A DNA stretch of 64,000 nt from Candidatus Methylomirabilia bacterium (GCA_046758965.1 JBHIBG010000003.1:13829-77828), one strand, 5' to 3'; positions 40,932 to 53,229 are shown, counted from the first letter of the stretch. The notes: generated by a model not told the origin, from the letters alone. Program-made: numbers and translations.

Positions 40932-41741
40932 TCACCCCCACTGAGCCCTGCCTCGGGCACTCGAGGCCCGGTAGTACCGCAGGGCCTCGGGAATCCACCG
41001 CTGGATCTGCCTGATTCGAGCGCCGTGGGAGGGATGCGTGGAGAGGAACTCGGGGGGCCTGCCCCGCCCTCTGGTCGCCGCCTCCATGCGCTGCCAAAAC
41101 GAGATGGCCGCGCGCGGGTCATAGCCGGCCCTGGCCATGTAGATCAGCCCGAGGCGGTCGGCCTCGGACTCCTGGGCCCGGCTGAACGGCAGGATAACGC
41201 CCACGGAAGCGCCGGCGCCGAGAAGAGTGGCCACGCGCCGAACTGTGCGGGGGTCCCGATTGGCCATGCCCACCTGAACGGCGGTGAGCCCGACCTGCAC
41301 CAGGAGCCCCTGGCTCACCCGCTCCGCGCCGTGGCGGGCGATGGCGTGGGCCACCTCGTGCCCGATGACCGTGGCCAGCCCGGCATCGTCCTTGGTGACC
41401 CGCAGCATCCCCGTGTACACCGCCACCTTCCCGCCGGGCAAGGCGAAGGCGTTGATCCGCTTGTCGCCTTCAATCACGGTGAACTCCCACCGGTAGTCCG
41501 TGCGCCCGGTGGCCGAGGCAATACGGCTGCCGACCCGCCTCACCATTGCATTGAGCTCCGGGTCTCGGGAGACTTTGGATTTCCCCAGGATTTGCCGGTA
41601 CGCCTGCAGCCCCATCCGCACTTCCTGAGCCTCGGAAAGGAGTATCAGCTGCGAGCGACCCGTAATGGGGACGGTCTCGCAGGCCACCCAGAGGCCCAAG
41701 AGGAGCAGAAGGCCGGTCGCTAGCCCCAAACGCGTCCGCAT
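40932..41741 (-). CDS. M48 family metallopeptidase lipoprotein
   Basis: Lipoprotein signal with lipobox (LLGLWVAC) and the HEVAH zincin motif. The start is the internal M (MRTRLGLATG). Confidence 0.8.
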   Translation of the reverse strand: MRTRLGLATGLLLLLGLWVACETVPITGRSQLILLSEAQEVRMGLQAYRQILGKSKVSRDPELNAMVRRVGSRIASATGRTDYRWEFTVIEGDKRINAFALPGGKVAVYTGMLRVTKDDAGLATVIGHEVAHAIARHGAERVSQGLLVQVGLTAVQVGMANRDPRTVRRVATLLGAGASVGVILPFSRAQESEADRLGLIYMARAGYDPRAAISFWQRMEAATRGRGRPPEFLSTHPSHGARIRQIQRWIPEALRYYRASSARGRAQWG

Positions 41742-41852
41742 AACAACCCCTACTGTACAACCGGATCGGTCACGAGGGAATCTCGATCGCCGAGTCGAGG
41801 ATGGCACGGGGCCCAGCGGCCGGCGCCGGAGACAGGACCGGTCAGAGGCTGC

Positions 41853-42746
41853 TCAATCGGGCGTAGGAGCGGGAGGTTGCTTGCTCCAGTCGTAGAAGCC
41901 CTTGCCGCTCTTCCGGCCGAGGTCACCACGCTTGACGCGCGCCTCGAGCGCTTTCGGGGGGAGGTCCTTGGCTTCCTTGGTGATCTCGTAGGTCTCGAGC
42001 CGCGCGTTGTACCCGATATCGAGGCCGGAGAAGTCGGCGAGCTTGAACGGCCCCATCGGGTGGTTCAGGCCCAGCTCAACGGCCTTGTCGATGTCAGCGA
42101 AGGAGGCGACGCCCTCTTCGAGGAGGTAATACGCCTCCCGGGCGAGCGCGCGGAGGATGCGGTTGACGAGGAACCCCGGGAGCTCCTTGCGGAGGATGAC
42201 CGGCTCACGGCCGATCTTCCTGGTCAGGGCGGCCACGAGGTCCACCGTCTCTTCACTCGTCTCCCTCCCCTTCACCACTTCGACCAGCCGCATCACCAGC
42301 GGGGGGTAGAACCAGTGCATGTTGGCGCACTGCGCGGGCCGCTTGGTGGCCGTCGCGATCTGCGAGATCATCAGCGTGGAGCTGTTGCTGGTGACAATCG
42401 CGTGGGGTGGGCAGCTCAGGTCCAGCGTGGCGAAGCATTCCTTCTTCGGCTCCAGGCGCTCGATGATCGCCTCGATCACGAAATCGGCGGCGGAAGCGGC
42501 CTGCTCCAGATCGGGGTCGAGCTCCACCCGAGCGATGGCCGCCTCCATTTCATCTTTCGTCATCTGGCCTTTGGCCACCCGCCGCTCCAGGTGCCCGCGG
42601 TTGGTCTTCATGGCGCGATCGAGGATCTCCTCGGAGAGGTCGTTCAGCGTGACCTGAAAGCCGTGCAGAGCCGCCTGCATCGCGATCTGGGAGCCCATCT
42701 GGCCTGCTCCCACTACCAGAATGCGTTTGATGTCATCGACCGTCAT
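41853..42746 (-). CDS. 3-hydroxyacyl-CoA / 3-hydroxybutyryl-CoA dehydrogenase
   Basis: NAD-binding VVGAGQMGSQIA, with N- and C-terminal 3HCDH domains. Confidence 0.85.
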   Translation of the reverse strand: MTVDDIKRILVVGAGQMGSQIAMQAALHGFQVTLNDLSEEILDRAMKTNRGHLERRVAKGQMTKDEMEAAIARVELDPDLEQAASAADFVIEAIIERLEPKKECFATLDLSCPPHAIVTSNSSTLMISQIATATKRPAQCANMHWFYPPLVMRLVEVVKGRETSEETVDLVAALTRKIGREPVILRKELPGFLVNRILRALAREAYYLLEEGVASFADIDKAVELGLNHPMGPFKLADFSGLDIGYNARLETYEITKEAKDLPPKALEARVKRGDLGRKSGKGFYDWSKQPPAPTPD

Positions 42747-43257
42747 CGGAATCTCCTCCGCGCCCTTGCCCGCGGTCAGGCACGCACCGGGGTGCCCTCC
42801 CTCGGTCAGGACCCTGTCGCCTGCTCACTCGGACGGGGGCCTCGGCGGCCCCCTCCGAAACCTCCCCCTTCAGCTTGCGCGGGCAAAGCCCGCGCTCGAA
42901 CAGCCCCGCCTTGGTGCGCGCCTCGTGCCCGGGGCTGCGTTGGGCGGCTCGGAGCGCTCCGGCGTCCTGCGCTTCACCGCGCGCTACGGCTTGTCGGATT
43001 CGGTCGCGGAGGGCACCCCGACGCATGCACCCTAGGTCGCCTGTTCGCCCAACATCTGCACGTTTGTGCCCACTTTTGGCAGGACGCCACTGGCGCCGGG
43101 CCGAGAACCGAGCAGATCAAGGACGCAGGGAGGAGCCCACCGGAGGCGTACTCCCTGTACGTTGAGGATGGGTGACGACCGCCCGATGACCAACGGCCGA
43201 AGGCCATCCTTGGCGGGCACCCACGAAGTGGGTCGTGCGACGGTTATCGGCACGGCG

Positions 43258-44673
43258 CTAGCTGATGGGCGGCCGCTTCCCCGCCCAGGGCTGGGCCGCC
43301 TCGAAGCAGGCTGAAGCCCGGAGCACCGTCTGATCGTCGAAGCGGCGCCCCACAATCTGGAGCCCGATGGGGAGGCCGTCCCGGGTGAAGCCGCACGGCA
43401 CCGAGGCGGCAGGCTGGCCCGTCAGGTTGAACGGGTATGTGAACGGGATCCAGCCGTAGATCGGAATCGGCCGGCCCGCGATCTCTGCGGGGTTGTCGAT
43501 CCCCACTCTGAAGGGCGGGCAGGCCACCGTGGGGGTGAGCAGCAGGTCGTACCGAGCGAAGAACTTCCTGACGTGGTCGCAGAACGTCAACCGGTCGAAC
43601 CAGGCCTGGACGTACTCGGTCGGTGACCACTTGAGCGCGTCCTCGATGATCCTGACCAGCCCTCCCTCGATCTCCTGCCGGCGCTCGGGCAGGTACGGGG
43701 CGAGCCTGGTAGCGATGCCCCCGCAGAAGATCACCTCCCAGGCCTCATGAGGGCTGGGCCACCCGGGGCCAGCTGCCTCCACCCGGCATCCGAACTCCCT
43801 GAACTGCCTCGCGGCCTTCTCACACACGGTCTGGACTTCGGGATCCACCGTCGCGTAGCCGAGGTCCGGGCTCCACGCCACGCGGAGCCCTTTGAGGCTC
43901 TTTCCCCTGAGGCTCTTGAGGAAGTCGATCTGCTGGGCCGGGAGCGAAGCCAGGTCCCGCTCGTCCGGCCCGGCCAGGACGTTCAGCATCAGGGCCGCAT
44001 CAGCCACGGTCCGCGTCATGGGTCCGGCGTGCGAGAGGCTCCAGGCGGCGCTGAACGGATAGACCGGGACTCGCCCGAAGGACGGCTTGATGCCGAAAAT
44101 GCCGGAGAAGGAGGCGGGGATCCGGATCGAGCCCCCGCCGTCGGTGCCCACCGCGAGCGGAGCCATCCCAGAGGCCACGGCTGCGCCCGCCCCTCCGCTC
44201 GACCCCCCGGGAGTCTGCTCGGGATTCCACGGGCTCCGGGTAATTCCGAAGACCAGATTATGGGTCGCTCCGATCCAGCCGAAGGCCGGAGTGTTGGTCT
44301 TCCCCACCAGGATGCCGCCCGCGGCCGTGAGGCGTTCGACCGCGGGAGCGTCCTCCGAGGGGATGTGATCGTCGTAAAGCCTCGACCCCCAAGTGGTGCG
44401 AACGCCTTTGGTGATCAGGAGGTCCTTGATCGAGAACGGGACGCCGTGGAGGGGACCGAGCCTCGCCCCTTTCCGCATCAGCGCGCGCTCCGCGGCCCTG
44501 GCCGCTCGACGGGCCGCCTCCGCGGTCACGGTGCAGTAGGCATTGAGCGTCGGGTTCAGCCGCTCGATGCGGGCCAGGACCGCGCTCACCACCTCCACCG
44601 GCGAGACCCTCTTCCGCCTGATCGCCCCCGCCAGCTCAACGGCGGACATCCAGCAGAGCTCGTCGTTCGCCAT
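43258..44673 (-). CDS. amidase (amidase-signature family)
   Basis: The AS-family core GGSSGGAGAAVA and the Ser-cisSer-Lys triad region are present. Confidence 0.85.
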   Translation of the reverse strand: MANDELCWMSAVELAGAIRRKRVSPVEVVSAVLARIERLNPTLNAYCTVTAEAARRAARAAERALMRKGARLGPLHGVPFSIKDLLITKGVRTTWGSRLYDDHIPSEDAPAVERLTAAGGILVGKTNTPAFGWIGATHNLVFGITRSPWNPEQTPGGSSGGAGAAVASGMAPLAVGTDGGGSIRIPASFSGIFGIKPSFGRVPVYPFSAAWSLSHAGPMTRTVADAALMLNVLAGPDERDLASLPAQQIDFLKSLRGKSLKGLRVAWSPDLGYATVDPEVQTVCEKAARQFREFGCRVEAAGPGWPSPHEAWEVIFCGGIATRLAPYLPERRQEIEGGLVRIIEDALKWSPTEYVQAWFDRLTFCDHVRKFFARYDLLLTPTVACPPFRVGIDNPAEIAGRPIPIYGWIPFTYPFNLTGQPAASVPCGFTRDGLPIGLQIVGRRFDDQTVLRASACFEAAQPWAGKRPPIS

Positions 44674-44695
44674 CCCTCGCTCCCTCGCCCGGCTG

Positions 44696-46114
44696 TCAAC
44701 CCTTGAGGTGGAAGACGACCATCTTGAGCTCGGTCATCTCCTGCACGGCGTAGCGCGGCCCCTCCTTGCCGAAGCCCGACTCCTTGAGGCCGCCGTAGGG
44801 CATCAGGTCCGCCCGCCACTGGGGGCCCCAGTTGACGTGGAGGTTACCGGACTGGACCTCCCGCGCAAAGCGCATGGCCCACTCCAGGCTCTCGGTGAAG
44901 ATGCCGGCCGACAGCCCGTAGACCGAATCGTTCGCCAGGGCGATCGCCTCGTCGATGTTGTTGAAGGGGGTCACGGCCACCGCCGGGCCGAAGAGCTCCT
45001 CGCAGGAGATCCGCATCTCGGGCTTCACGTCCGCGACGACAGTCGGAGCGTAGATGGCGCCGCGACGCTCGCCCCCCACGACGACGCGCGCCCCCGTGGC
45101 CACTGCCTCCTTGACCCACTCTTCGACCCGGACGGCATCCCGCTCCCGCACCATGGGCCCGACCTTGGTCTCCTCCCGAAGCTGATCTCCCATGGCCAGG
45201 GCCGCCACCTTCGGCTTGAGGGCATCCAGAAAGTCGCCGTACACCTTCCCGGAAGTCAGCACTCGCTGGGTGGAGATGCAGACCTGCCCGGCATTGGCGT
45301 ACCCCGTGGCCGTCACCGCCGCCGCGACCTTGTCCAGATCGGCGTCGGACATGACGATCAGCGGGGAGTTGGAGCCCAGCTCCATGGTCACCTTCTTGAG
45401 CGCGCCGAACTTGCAGATCCGCTCTCCCACATCCCGGCTCCCCGTGAACGTGATCTTGCGAACCCGGCGGTCCGAAACCAGCGCATCCCCGATCTCCCCT
45501 CCCGAGCCGGTGAGGCACTGGATCCCTTCGGGTGGCACTCCCGCCTCCAGAAGAATCTCGGTCAGCTTCAAGGCCGAGAGCGGGGTATCGGTGGCGGGCT
45601 TTACGACCACCGCATTGCCTGCCGCCAGGGCCGGCCCCACCTTGTGGCAGACCAGGTTCAGCGGGAAGTTGAACGGGCTGATCGCCACCACGACGCCGCA
45701 CGGGACCCGGATCGTGAAGCCGAACCGCTTCCCGCCGGCCGGGTCGGCGTCCAGGGGGATGGTCTCGCCGTGGATGCGCTTGGCCTCCTCCGCCGAGCCC
45801 ATGATGGTCTCCACCGCCCGGCCGGCCTCCCCGCGGCCTTCGCCAATGACCTTGCCCTCCTCCATCGAGATGAGCCGGCCCAGCTCTTCCCGCCGGGAGT
45901 CGATCAGCTGTGCGGCCTTCGTCAGGATCTTCCACCGCTCGTGGCCGGAGAGCTGGGCCATCGCCTTGGCCCCCCGCTCCGCGGAGGCCAACGCCCGGTC
46001 CACATCGCCTAGGTCGGCGCGCGGGACGGTGTCGATCACCGAGTTGTCGTATGGGTTCACGACTCCGATCTTCTGAGGCTTGTCGATCCACTGCCCTGCC
46101 ACATACATCTTCAT
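44696..46114 (-). CDS. NAD(P)-dependent aldehyde dehydrogenase
   Basis: 472-aa protein with the ALDH catalytic Cys region (GQVCISTQR) and a Glu motif (ELGSNSP). Confidence 0.9.
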   Translation of the reverse strand: MKMYVAGQWIDKPQKIGVVNPYDNSVIDTVPRADLGDVDRALASAERGAKAMAQLSGHERWKILTKAAQLIDSRREELGRLISMEEGKVIGEGRGEAGRAVETIMGSAEEAKRIHGETIPLDADPAGGKRFGFTIRVPCGVVVAISPFNFPLNLVCHKVGPALAAGNAVVVKPATDTPLSALKLTEILLEAGVPPEGIQCLTGSGGEIGDALVSDRRVRKITFTGSRDVGERICKFGALKKVTMELGSNSPLIVMSDADLDKVAAAVTATGYANAGQVCISTQRVLTSGKVYGDFLDALKPKVAALAMGDQLREETKVGPMVRERDAVRVEEWVKEAVATGARVVVGGERRGAIYAPTVVADVKPEMRISCEELFGPAVAVTPFNNIDEAIALANDSVYGLSAGIFTESLEWAMRFAREVQSGNLHVNWGPQWRADLMPYGGLKESGFGKEGPRYAVQEMTELKMVVFHLKG

Positions 46115-46365
46115 GCGCCAATCCCCCTTCGAAACTTACGCGCCGCGCAGCCGCGATCGAACGCGTGTCGGAGCGCGTCGCTCATGAGGTCCTGGTCGAA
46201 GACTCCGCGCGTGATTACTGCGCTGTCTAGGCGTGATCCTTCTACGTCCTTTTGGGGCCACTGTCAAGCCCTTACCGAGACCGCAAAAGCCATCCGCATC
46301 CCTCGAGGCGCTCTCCCCGCTCTCGGGTCTTCCCAGGAGGGGTCGAGGGAGGACCGAGCGGAGGG

Positions 46366-47100
46366 TCAGCCGCCCAGATAGAGCTGCCTCACCTGAGGGT
46401 CTTGCAGGAGGCGGGGACCTGTGTCTTCGAAGCGGTTGCGTCCGAGCTCGAGGACATAGCCCCGATCGGAAACCTCCAGCGCCCGGCGGGCGTTCTGCTC
46501 CACCATCAGCAGAGTCATGCCGGAGGCCTTGAGCTCCACAAGCTTCTCGAAGAGGTTTTCGATGACGCGGGGCGCCAGCCCCAGGGAGGGCTCGTCCAGC
46601 ATCAGGAGCTTGGGCTCGAGCATGAGCGCCCGGCCGATCTCGAGCATCTTCTGCTGGCCTCCGCTGAGGGTCCCGGCGAGGGCGCGCTCTTTGTCGCCAA
46701 GCACCGGGAAGCGCTCGTAGACCCGGGCGATGTCCTGCTCGATCCGCCCGTCCCGCCGGATGAACGCCCCGAGCTCCAGGTTCTCCCGCACCGTCATAAG
46801 GGGCCAGATGCTCCGCCCCTGCGGCACGTAGGACAGCCCGCGGCGCAGTCGCTCTTGCGGGCGGAGCTGCCCCACCTCCTTCCCGTCGAAGCGCAGGCTG
46901 CCCGCGCGGAGCGCCAGGAGGCCGAAGATCGCCTTCATGGCGGTGGACTTCCCGGCCCCGTTAGGCCCGATGACTGAAATCATCTCCCCGTACCCCACGC
47001 TGAGGGAGACACCGTGGAGGATGACGATGCGGCCGTAGCCGCTCACCAGCCCTCGCACGTCCAGCAGCAGGTCAGCGTCCAAAGTAGGCCTCGATGACAT
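46366..47100 (-). CDS. livF: branched-chain amino acid ABC transporter ATP-binding protein (LivF-type)
   Basis: Walker A GPNGAGKST, ABC signature LSGGQQ, Walker B LLMLDEPS. The start MSSRPTL... is uncertain. Confidence 0.8.
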   Translation of the reverse strand: MSSRPTLDADLLLDVRGLVSGYGRIVILHGVSLSVGYGEMISVIGPNGAGKSTAMKAIFGLLALRAGSLRFDGKEVGQLRPQERLRRGLSYVPQGRSIWPLMTVRENLELGAFIRRDGRIEQDIARVYERFPVLGDKERALAGTLSGGQQKMLEIGRALMLEPKLLMLDEPSLGLAPRVIENLFEKLVELKASGMTLLMVEQNARRALEVSDRGYVLELGRNRFEDTGPRLLQDPQVRQLYLGG

Positions 47101-47821
47101 CCTTGTGGCGCTGGATGTACGCGGGCTCGCCGGCCGCAATGGCCCGGCCGTGGTCGAGCACCACCACCCACTCGCAGAGGTTCATTACCACTTTCATATC
47201 GTGCTCCACGATGAGGAAGGTCGTCCCCTGCTCGCAGAGCTTCCTGATCTTGTCGAGGAGGCTATTCAACAGGGTGCGGTTCACCCCGGCAGCAGGCTCG
47301 TCAAGCAAGACGAGCGCAGGGTCGGAAATGATGGCGCTGCCGAACTCGAGCAATTTCTGCTGGCCGTAGGAGAGATTGCCGGCGGGCTCATCGCGGAGCG
47401 GCAGGAGGTTCAGCATGCCGAGGATCTGCCCCGCCTTGTCCCGAATCTCCCGTTCGTGGCGGCGGATCGCGGGGGTGCGGACGAGGCTCTGCACCCACTT
47501 CTCCCCGAAATGCTGCTGGGCCGCCATCAACAGATTGTCCAGCACGCTCATCCGGGGAAACACGCGGATGATCTGGAAGGTACGGGCGATCCCCTTGAGC
47601 GCGATCTCGTGAGTCTTGAGCCCCATGAGCGAGTGCCCCCGGTAGACCATGTCCCCCCGGTCGGCTTGATAGATGCCCGTCAGGAGGTTGAAGACGGTGG
47701 TCTTGCCAGAGCCGTTGGGACCGATCAGCCCCGTGATGCTGTGCTCTCTCACGGCGAAGCTGCAGTCGTCCACCGCCGTGATCCCCCCGAACCGCTTGGT
47801 GAGCCCGCGAAGCTCTAGCAT
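47072..47821 (-). CDS. livG: branched-chain amino acid ABC transporter ATP-binding protein (LivG-type)
   Basis: Walker A GPNGSGKTT, signature LSYGQQK, Walker B LVLLDEPAAG. Confidence 0.85.
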   Translation of the reverse strand: MLELRGLTKRFGGITAVDDCSFAVREHSITGLIGPNGSGKTTVFNLLTGIYQADRGDMVYRGHSLMGLKTHEIALKGIARTFQIIRVFPRMSVLDNLLMAAQQHFGEKWVQSLVRTPAIRRHEREIRDKAGQILGMLNLLPLRDEPAGNLSYGQQKLLEFGSAIISDPALVLLDEPAAGVNRTLLNSLLDKIRKLCEQGTTFLIVEHDMKVVMNLCEWVVVLDHGRAIAAGEPAYIQRHKDVIEAYFGR

Positions 47822-47827
47822 GGCGCC

Positions 47828-48838
47828 CTAGCTCTCGCTCTCCGCCTCGAGGGTGGAGGGACGCCGGCGCCCTCGCGTGACCCAGCTCCAGAGGGCCTCG
47901 AGCCCTCCCCACATCCCCCGAGGCATGAAGAGGATCACCACCATAAGCAGCAGGCCGTAGAAGACCGCCCACGACTCCTTCGGCACGCTCAGAACGCCCG
48001 GCAGCTCGGTCAGCCTCTCGGGGAGCTGGGTGAACACAATGGCCCCCAGCACCGGCCCGTAGAGCGCGCCCGAACCCCCCGAGATGACCATGATCAGGAT
48101 ATAGATGGCCTCGATCAGGATGAAGTTGATGGGCTCGAGGAACTGGATGTAGTGAGCATAGAGGCTTCCGGCGACCCCCGCGTAGAAGCCGCTGATGGCG
48201 AAGGAAAGGATCTTGTACTTCTTGGTGTGCAGACCCATCGTCTCGGCCAGGTCCTCGTCTTCGCGGATCGCGATGAAGGCCCGTCCCAACCGCGAGTTTA
48301 CGATGACGGCCATGACCGCCGTGCCCGCGACAGCGAAGCTTGCCGTCAGGTAGTAGAAGGACCGGACGGAGACGAACTCGACGTCCACCAGCCCGAAGAG
48401 ATGGATGCCGCTGGGAGGCGGGATGCCGACCAGCCCCATCGGGCCCTGGGTGAGGGAAATCCAGTTGATCATGACCATGCGCGCGACTTCGGCGAAGCCG
48501 ATGGTGGCGATGGCAAAGTAGATCCCTCTGAGATTCAGAGCCGGGATGCCGACGCCGATCGCGACGAGGGCCACGAAGAGCCCCGCTGCCGGGAGGGCGA
48601 GCCAGAAGTTGAGGCCTACGCGCATCATGAGGAGGGCGGAGGCGTAGGCTCCGATCCCCCAGAACGCCGCCTGGGCCTTGGAGAGCTGGCCGGTGTAGCC
48701 CATGATGAGGTTCAGGCCGTGGGCCAGCAGCAGGTAGATGGCGGTCAGGATGAGGAGGTGGAGCTCGAACTCGTTCTCGGTCAAGCTCGGAATGAGGAAC
48801 ACGAAGGCGACGATGGCGAGGCCGAGCAGCGTCTTCAT
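47828..48838 (-). CDS. livM: branched-chain amino acid ABC transporter permease (LivM-type)
   Basis: 336-aa polytopic permease of the LivM family. Confidence 0.85.
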   Translation of the reverse strand: MKTLLGLAIVAFVFLIPSLTENEFELHLLILTAIYLLLAHGLNLIMGYTGQLSKAQAAFWGIGAYASALLMMRVGLNFWLALPAAGLFVALVAIGVGIPALNLRGIYFAIATIGFAEVARMVMINWISLTQGPMGLVGIPPPSGIHLFGLVDVEFVSVRSFYYLTASFAVAGTAVMAVIVNSRLGRAFIAIREDEDLAETMGLHTKKYKILSFAISGFYAGVAGSLYAHYIQFLEPINFILIEAIYILIMVISGGSGALYGPVLGAIVFTQLPERLTELPGVLSVPKESWAVFYGLLLMVVILFMPRGMWGGLEALWSWVTRGRRRPSTLEAESES

Positions 48839-49722
48839 CGGGTGATCTTTCCCAGGACGCCCTCGGGCCGCAAGAGCAGGACCCCGATCAGGACGACGAA
48901 GCCAATGGCCTCCTTGAACTCCGACCAGAAGATGCCGCCCAGTGTCTCGGCAAAGGCGAGCACGAGGCCTCCGAGGATGGCGCCGGGCACATGCCCCATC
49001 CCGCCCAGGACGATCACCACGAAGGCCTTCAGCCCGGGCGTGAACCCCATCTCCGGGTAGACAGTGAAGATGGCGCCCACCAGGCCGCCCGCGGCCGCGG
49101 CCAGGGCGGAGCCTATCATGAAGGTCACCGAGACCACCCGGTCCACGTCGATGCCCACCACCACGACCGCCTCGCGGTTCTGGGCCGTGGCGCGCATGGC
49201 TTTGCCCATCCGCGTCTTCTGGATAAACAGGTAAAGGCCGCTGATGAGCAGCACGCAGACCAGCAGGGTAATCAGCCGCTGGAGCGTGAAGGCCGCGCCC
49301 AAGCCGCTCAGAATGACGTTCGACGCCTTGCTCGGGATGATGCGCGGGATGCTGGTCCAGACCAGGCGGGCGCTGGCCTCGAGGAAGACGAGGAGGCCGA
49401 GGGAGACCAGCAGCGTGTCGATCATCGGGTGCTCACGGAGGGGCTTGAAGACGAGCTTCTCCACCACGACCCCTCCGATGGCGATGACCACCATGGCCAC
49501 GGCCACCGAGAGGACGTACGGGAGCCCCAGCAGCGCGGCGCCGAAGAAGGTCAGGTACGCCCCGTACATGTAGAAGGTGCCGTGGGCGAAGTTGATGATG
49601 CGCATGATGCCGAAGACCAGGGTCAGGCCGATGGCCACCATGGCGAAGATGCCGCCGTTGATCAGCGTGTTGGCCAGCTGCTGGGGAAGCTGGCTCCAGA
49701 GCTGCTGGGCAAAACTCTCCAT
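48835..49722 (-). CDS. livH: branched-chain amino acid ABC transporter permease (LivH-type)
   Basis: 295-aa polytopic permease of the LivH family. Overlaps livM by 4 nt. Confidence 0.85.
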   Translation of the reverse strand: MESFAQQLWSQLPQQLANTLINGGIFAMVAIGLTLVFGIMRIINFAHGTFYMYGAYLTFFGAALLGLPYVLSVAVAMVVIAIGGVVVEKLVFKPLREHPMIDTLLVSLGLLVFLEASARLVWTSIPRIIPSKASNVILSGLGAAFTLQRLITLLVCVLLISGLYLFIQKTRMGKAMRATAQNREAVVVVGIDVDRVVSVTFMIGSALAAAAGGLVGAIFTVYPEMGFTPGLKAFVVIVLGGMGHVPGAILGGLVLAFAETLGGIFWSEFKEAIGFVVLIGVLLLRPEGVLGKITR

Positions 49723-49806
49723 GAGTCGGTTCGGCGGGCGGGCTCAAGACGCACCCCGCCCGCCGATTGCGGCGGGCGGGGGCGGAAGCCGTACCAAAGG
49801 GCGCGC

Positions 49807-50964
49807 TTACTGGTAGATGATGGTGCGCTGCCCCTTCTCGAAGCGAGCCAGGCCTGGCCGGACCGGGGCCTGGCCGTTCTCGTCGAAGTAGAGCATGTGG
49901 CCGGGATAGGAGTAGACCCCCTTCATCCGCGTCTCCGCGATGGCGTCGCGGATCTTGGCGCGGTCAGTGGTCGTGTTGGCGCGCTCCATGGCCCGGGCGA
50001 TCACGTAGATGGCGTCGTAGGTGGGCGCGGAGAGGAAGTTCGGGTTGCGGCCCACCTTGGCGCGAAACTTCTTGACGAACTCCTGGACCATGGGGTCCTT
50101 CTGGTTGGCCTCGAAGGCGGTCACCACCCAGACGCCGTTCACGGCCTCGCCCCCCCTGGCCACCTCATCCTGGGCGCAGCCGGTCGAAGCAATCAGCGTC
50201 TTGTAGCCGAGCTGCCGCGCCTGCTTGATGAGCTGGATGCAGGTGGGGATAGCCCGCGAGACGAGGTAAAGGGCCTCGGGGTTCTTCGCCTTGATCGCGG
50301 TGAGCTGGGCGACAAAATCCTCAGACTCGGCCAGGTAGTACTCCTTGGCAAGGACGTCCACCCCGTTCTCTTCGAACTTGGCCGAGAATTTCTTGACCGA
50401 GCCCCTGCCGTAGTCGTCGTTCACGGCGATCATGCCGATTGTCTTGATCTTCAGGCTCTCGATCACGTGCCCGACCAGCGCGTTGGCCCGCATCGTGCTG
50501 GTTTCCTTGTTCCGGAACATCCACTTGTTACCGCTGGCCGTGATCTTGGGGTTGACCGAGATCGACGTGATCTGGGGCACCTGATTCTGCTGGGTCACCC
50601 TCATCTCGGCAAGGGTGACGGAGCTGCAGTAGGACCCCAGGATGACGGGCACCTTGTATTTCGAGATCAGCCGGCGCACGGCCGACACGCCGACCGCCGG
50701 CCGGCAGGCGTCATCTTCGAGCTGTATGCGCAGCTTGTGGCGCTCCCCCCCGACCAGGATGCCTCCTTCCGCGTTGATCTCCTCCACCGCCAGGTCGATG
50801 GCCCCCTTCACATAGACATGCGACTCTGAAGGCCGGCCTGTAACGGGGTTCGTGACGCCGATGACGACGTCATGGGCGAACGCCGGCGCCACGGCGGAGA
50901 AAGCGCCTCCCCCAACTAGACCCATGGCAACAACCAGAGCGAGAAGTGTTTTACTGCCCCTCAT
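49807..50964 (-). CDS. ABC transporter substrate-binding protein (LivK/amide-binding type I PBP)
   Basis: Start MRGSKTLLALVVAMGLV... carries a signal peptide and is preceded by AGGAGG. Periplasmic-binding-protein type I fold. The track ORF extends upstream to 51129. Confidence 0.8.
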   Translation of the reverse strand: MRGSKTLLALVVAMGLVGGGAFSAVAPAFAHDVVIGVTNPVTGRPSESHVYVKGAIDLAVEEINAEGGILVGGERHKLRIQLEDDACRPAVGVSAVRRLISKYKVPVILGSYCSSVTLAEMRVTQQNQVPQITSISVNPKITASGNKWMFRNKETSTMRANALVGHVIESLKIKTIGMIAVNDDYGRGSVKKFSAKFEENGVDVLAKEYYLAESEDFVAQLTAIKAKNPEALYLVSRAIPTCIQLIKQARQLGYKTLIASTGCAQDEVARGGEAVNGVWVVTAFEANQKDPMVQEFVKKFRAKVGRNPNFLSAPTYDAIYVIARAMERANTTTDRAKIRDAIAETRMKGVYSYPGHMLYFDENGQAPVRPGLARFEKGQRTIIYQ

Positions 50965-51432
50965 ATTGCCCCTCCTCTTTGCCGAATTCCTTCTTGGCGC
51001 TCCGGGAATCACACATATCCATCGGCCAAGGTTGGGAGGAATATAGGCGGGGTCAGGGGGGGGTGTCAAGGGGGTGCCGGGAGATTCCTCAGACCAGCCG
51101 CGGGCCTCAGCAACGGCCCGCCAGACCATGGAAAGAGGACCCCTCTGGACCGAGCATGACCGGACTGAGCCGGCGTTCAGTCACGGGCGGGTGGGAGGAG
51201 TGATCGGGCCGGCAAGGACCCGGGCCATCTCCCGAGATGTGCACGAGCTCAGGCACGATCGCCTCGACAGGGGGCCTGGCTTCACGTATCATGAGTTGGT
51301 ATCCTGCTGATCCGTCAACCGTTCGGACCTCATGGGCAAGCCCCCACCTCGGCGCCGCCTCCCTCGGTCGCGCGGGAGTGCCTCGTCGCCCAGGGGCGCT
51401 CCGCTTCTCCGCGTCCCGACCGACGACCAGAT

Positions 51433-51821
51433 ATGAGGGTTGATGGCATTGATCACGTAGTGCTCACGGTGCGCGACATCCGCGTGACCTGTGAGTTCTA
51501 CTCGCGCGTGCTGGGGATGCAAGTGGTCACGGTCGGAGATGGCCGAACCGCGCTCCGGTTCGGGAAGCAGAAGATCAACCTTCACCAAGCAGGGAGAGAG
51601 TTCCAGCCGAAGGCCCTACACCCCACGCCGGGGTCGGGAGACATCTGCTTCATCACCGAGATCCCGCTGGAGCGCGTGAGGGAGCACATGAGGTCATGCG
51701 GAGTGGAGATCGTGGAAGGCCCCGTGAGGAGAACGGGAGCCCGGGGGCCGCTCGAATCGATCTACGTGCGCGATCCAGACGACAACTTGATCGAAATTTC
51801 GAACGTTCGAGAGGCGACGGC

Positions 51822-51825
<4 letters not shown>
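51433..51825 (+). CDS. VOC family protein (glyoxalase/bleomycin resistance/dioxygenase fold)
   Basis: 130-aa protein. The N-terminal [11 protein letters not shown] is typical of the VOC beta-alpha-beta-beta-beta module. Confidence 0.75.
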
Positions 51826-53219
<1,394 letters not shown>

Positions 53220-53229
53220 GGCCCTCCGC

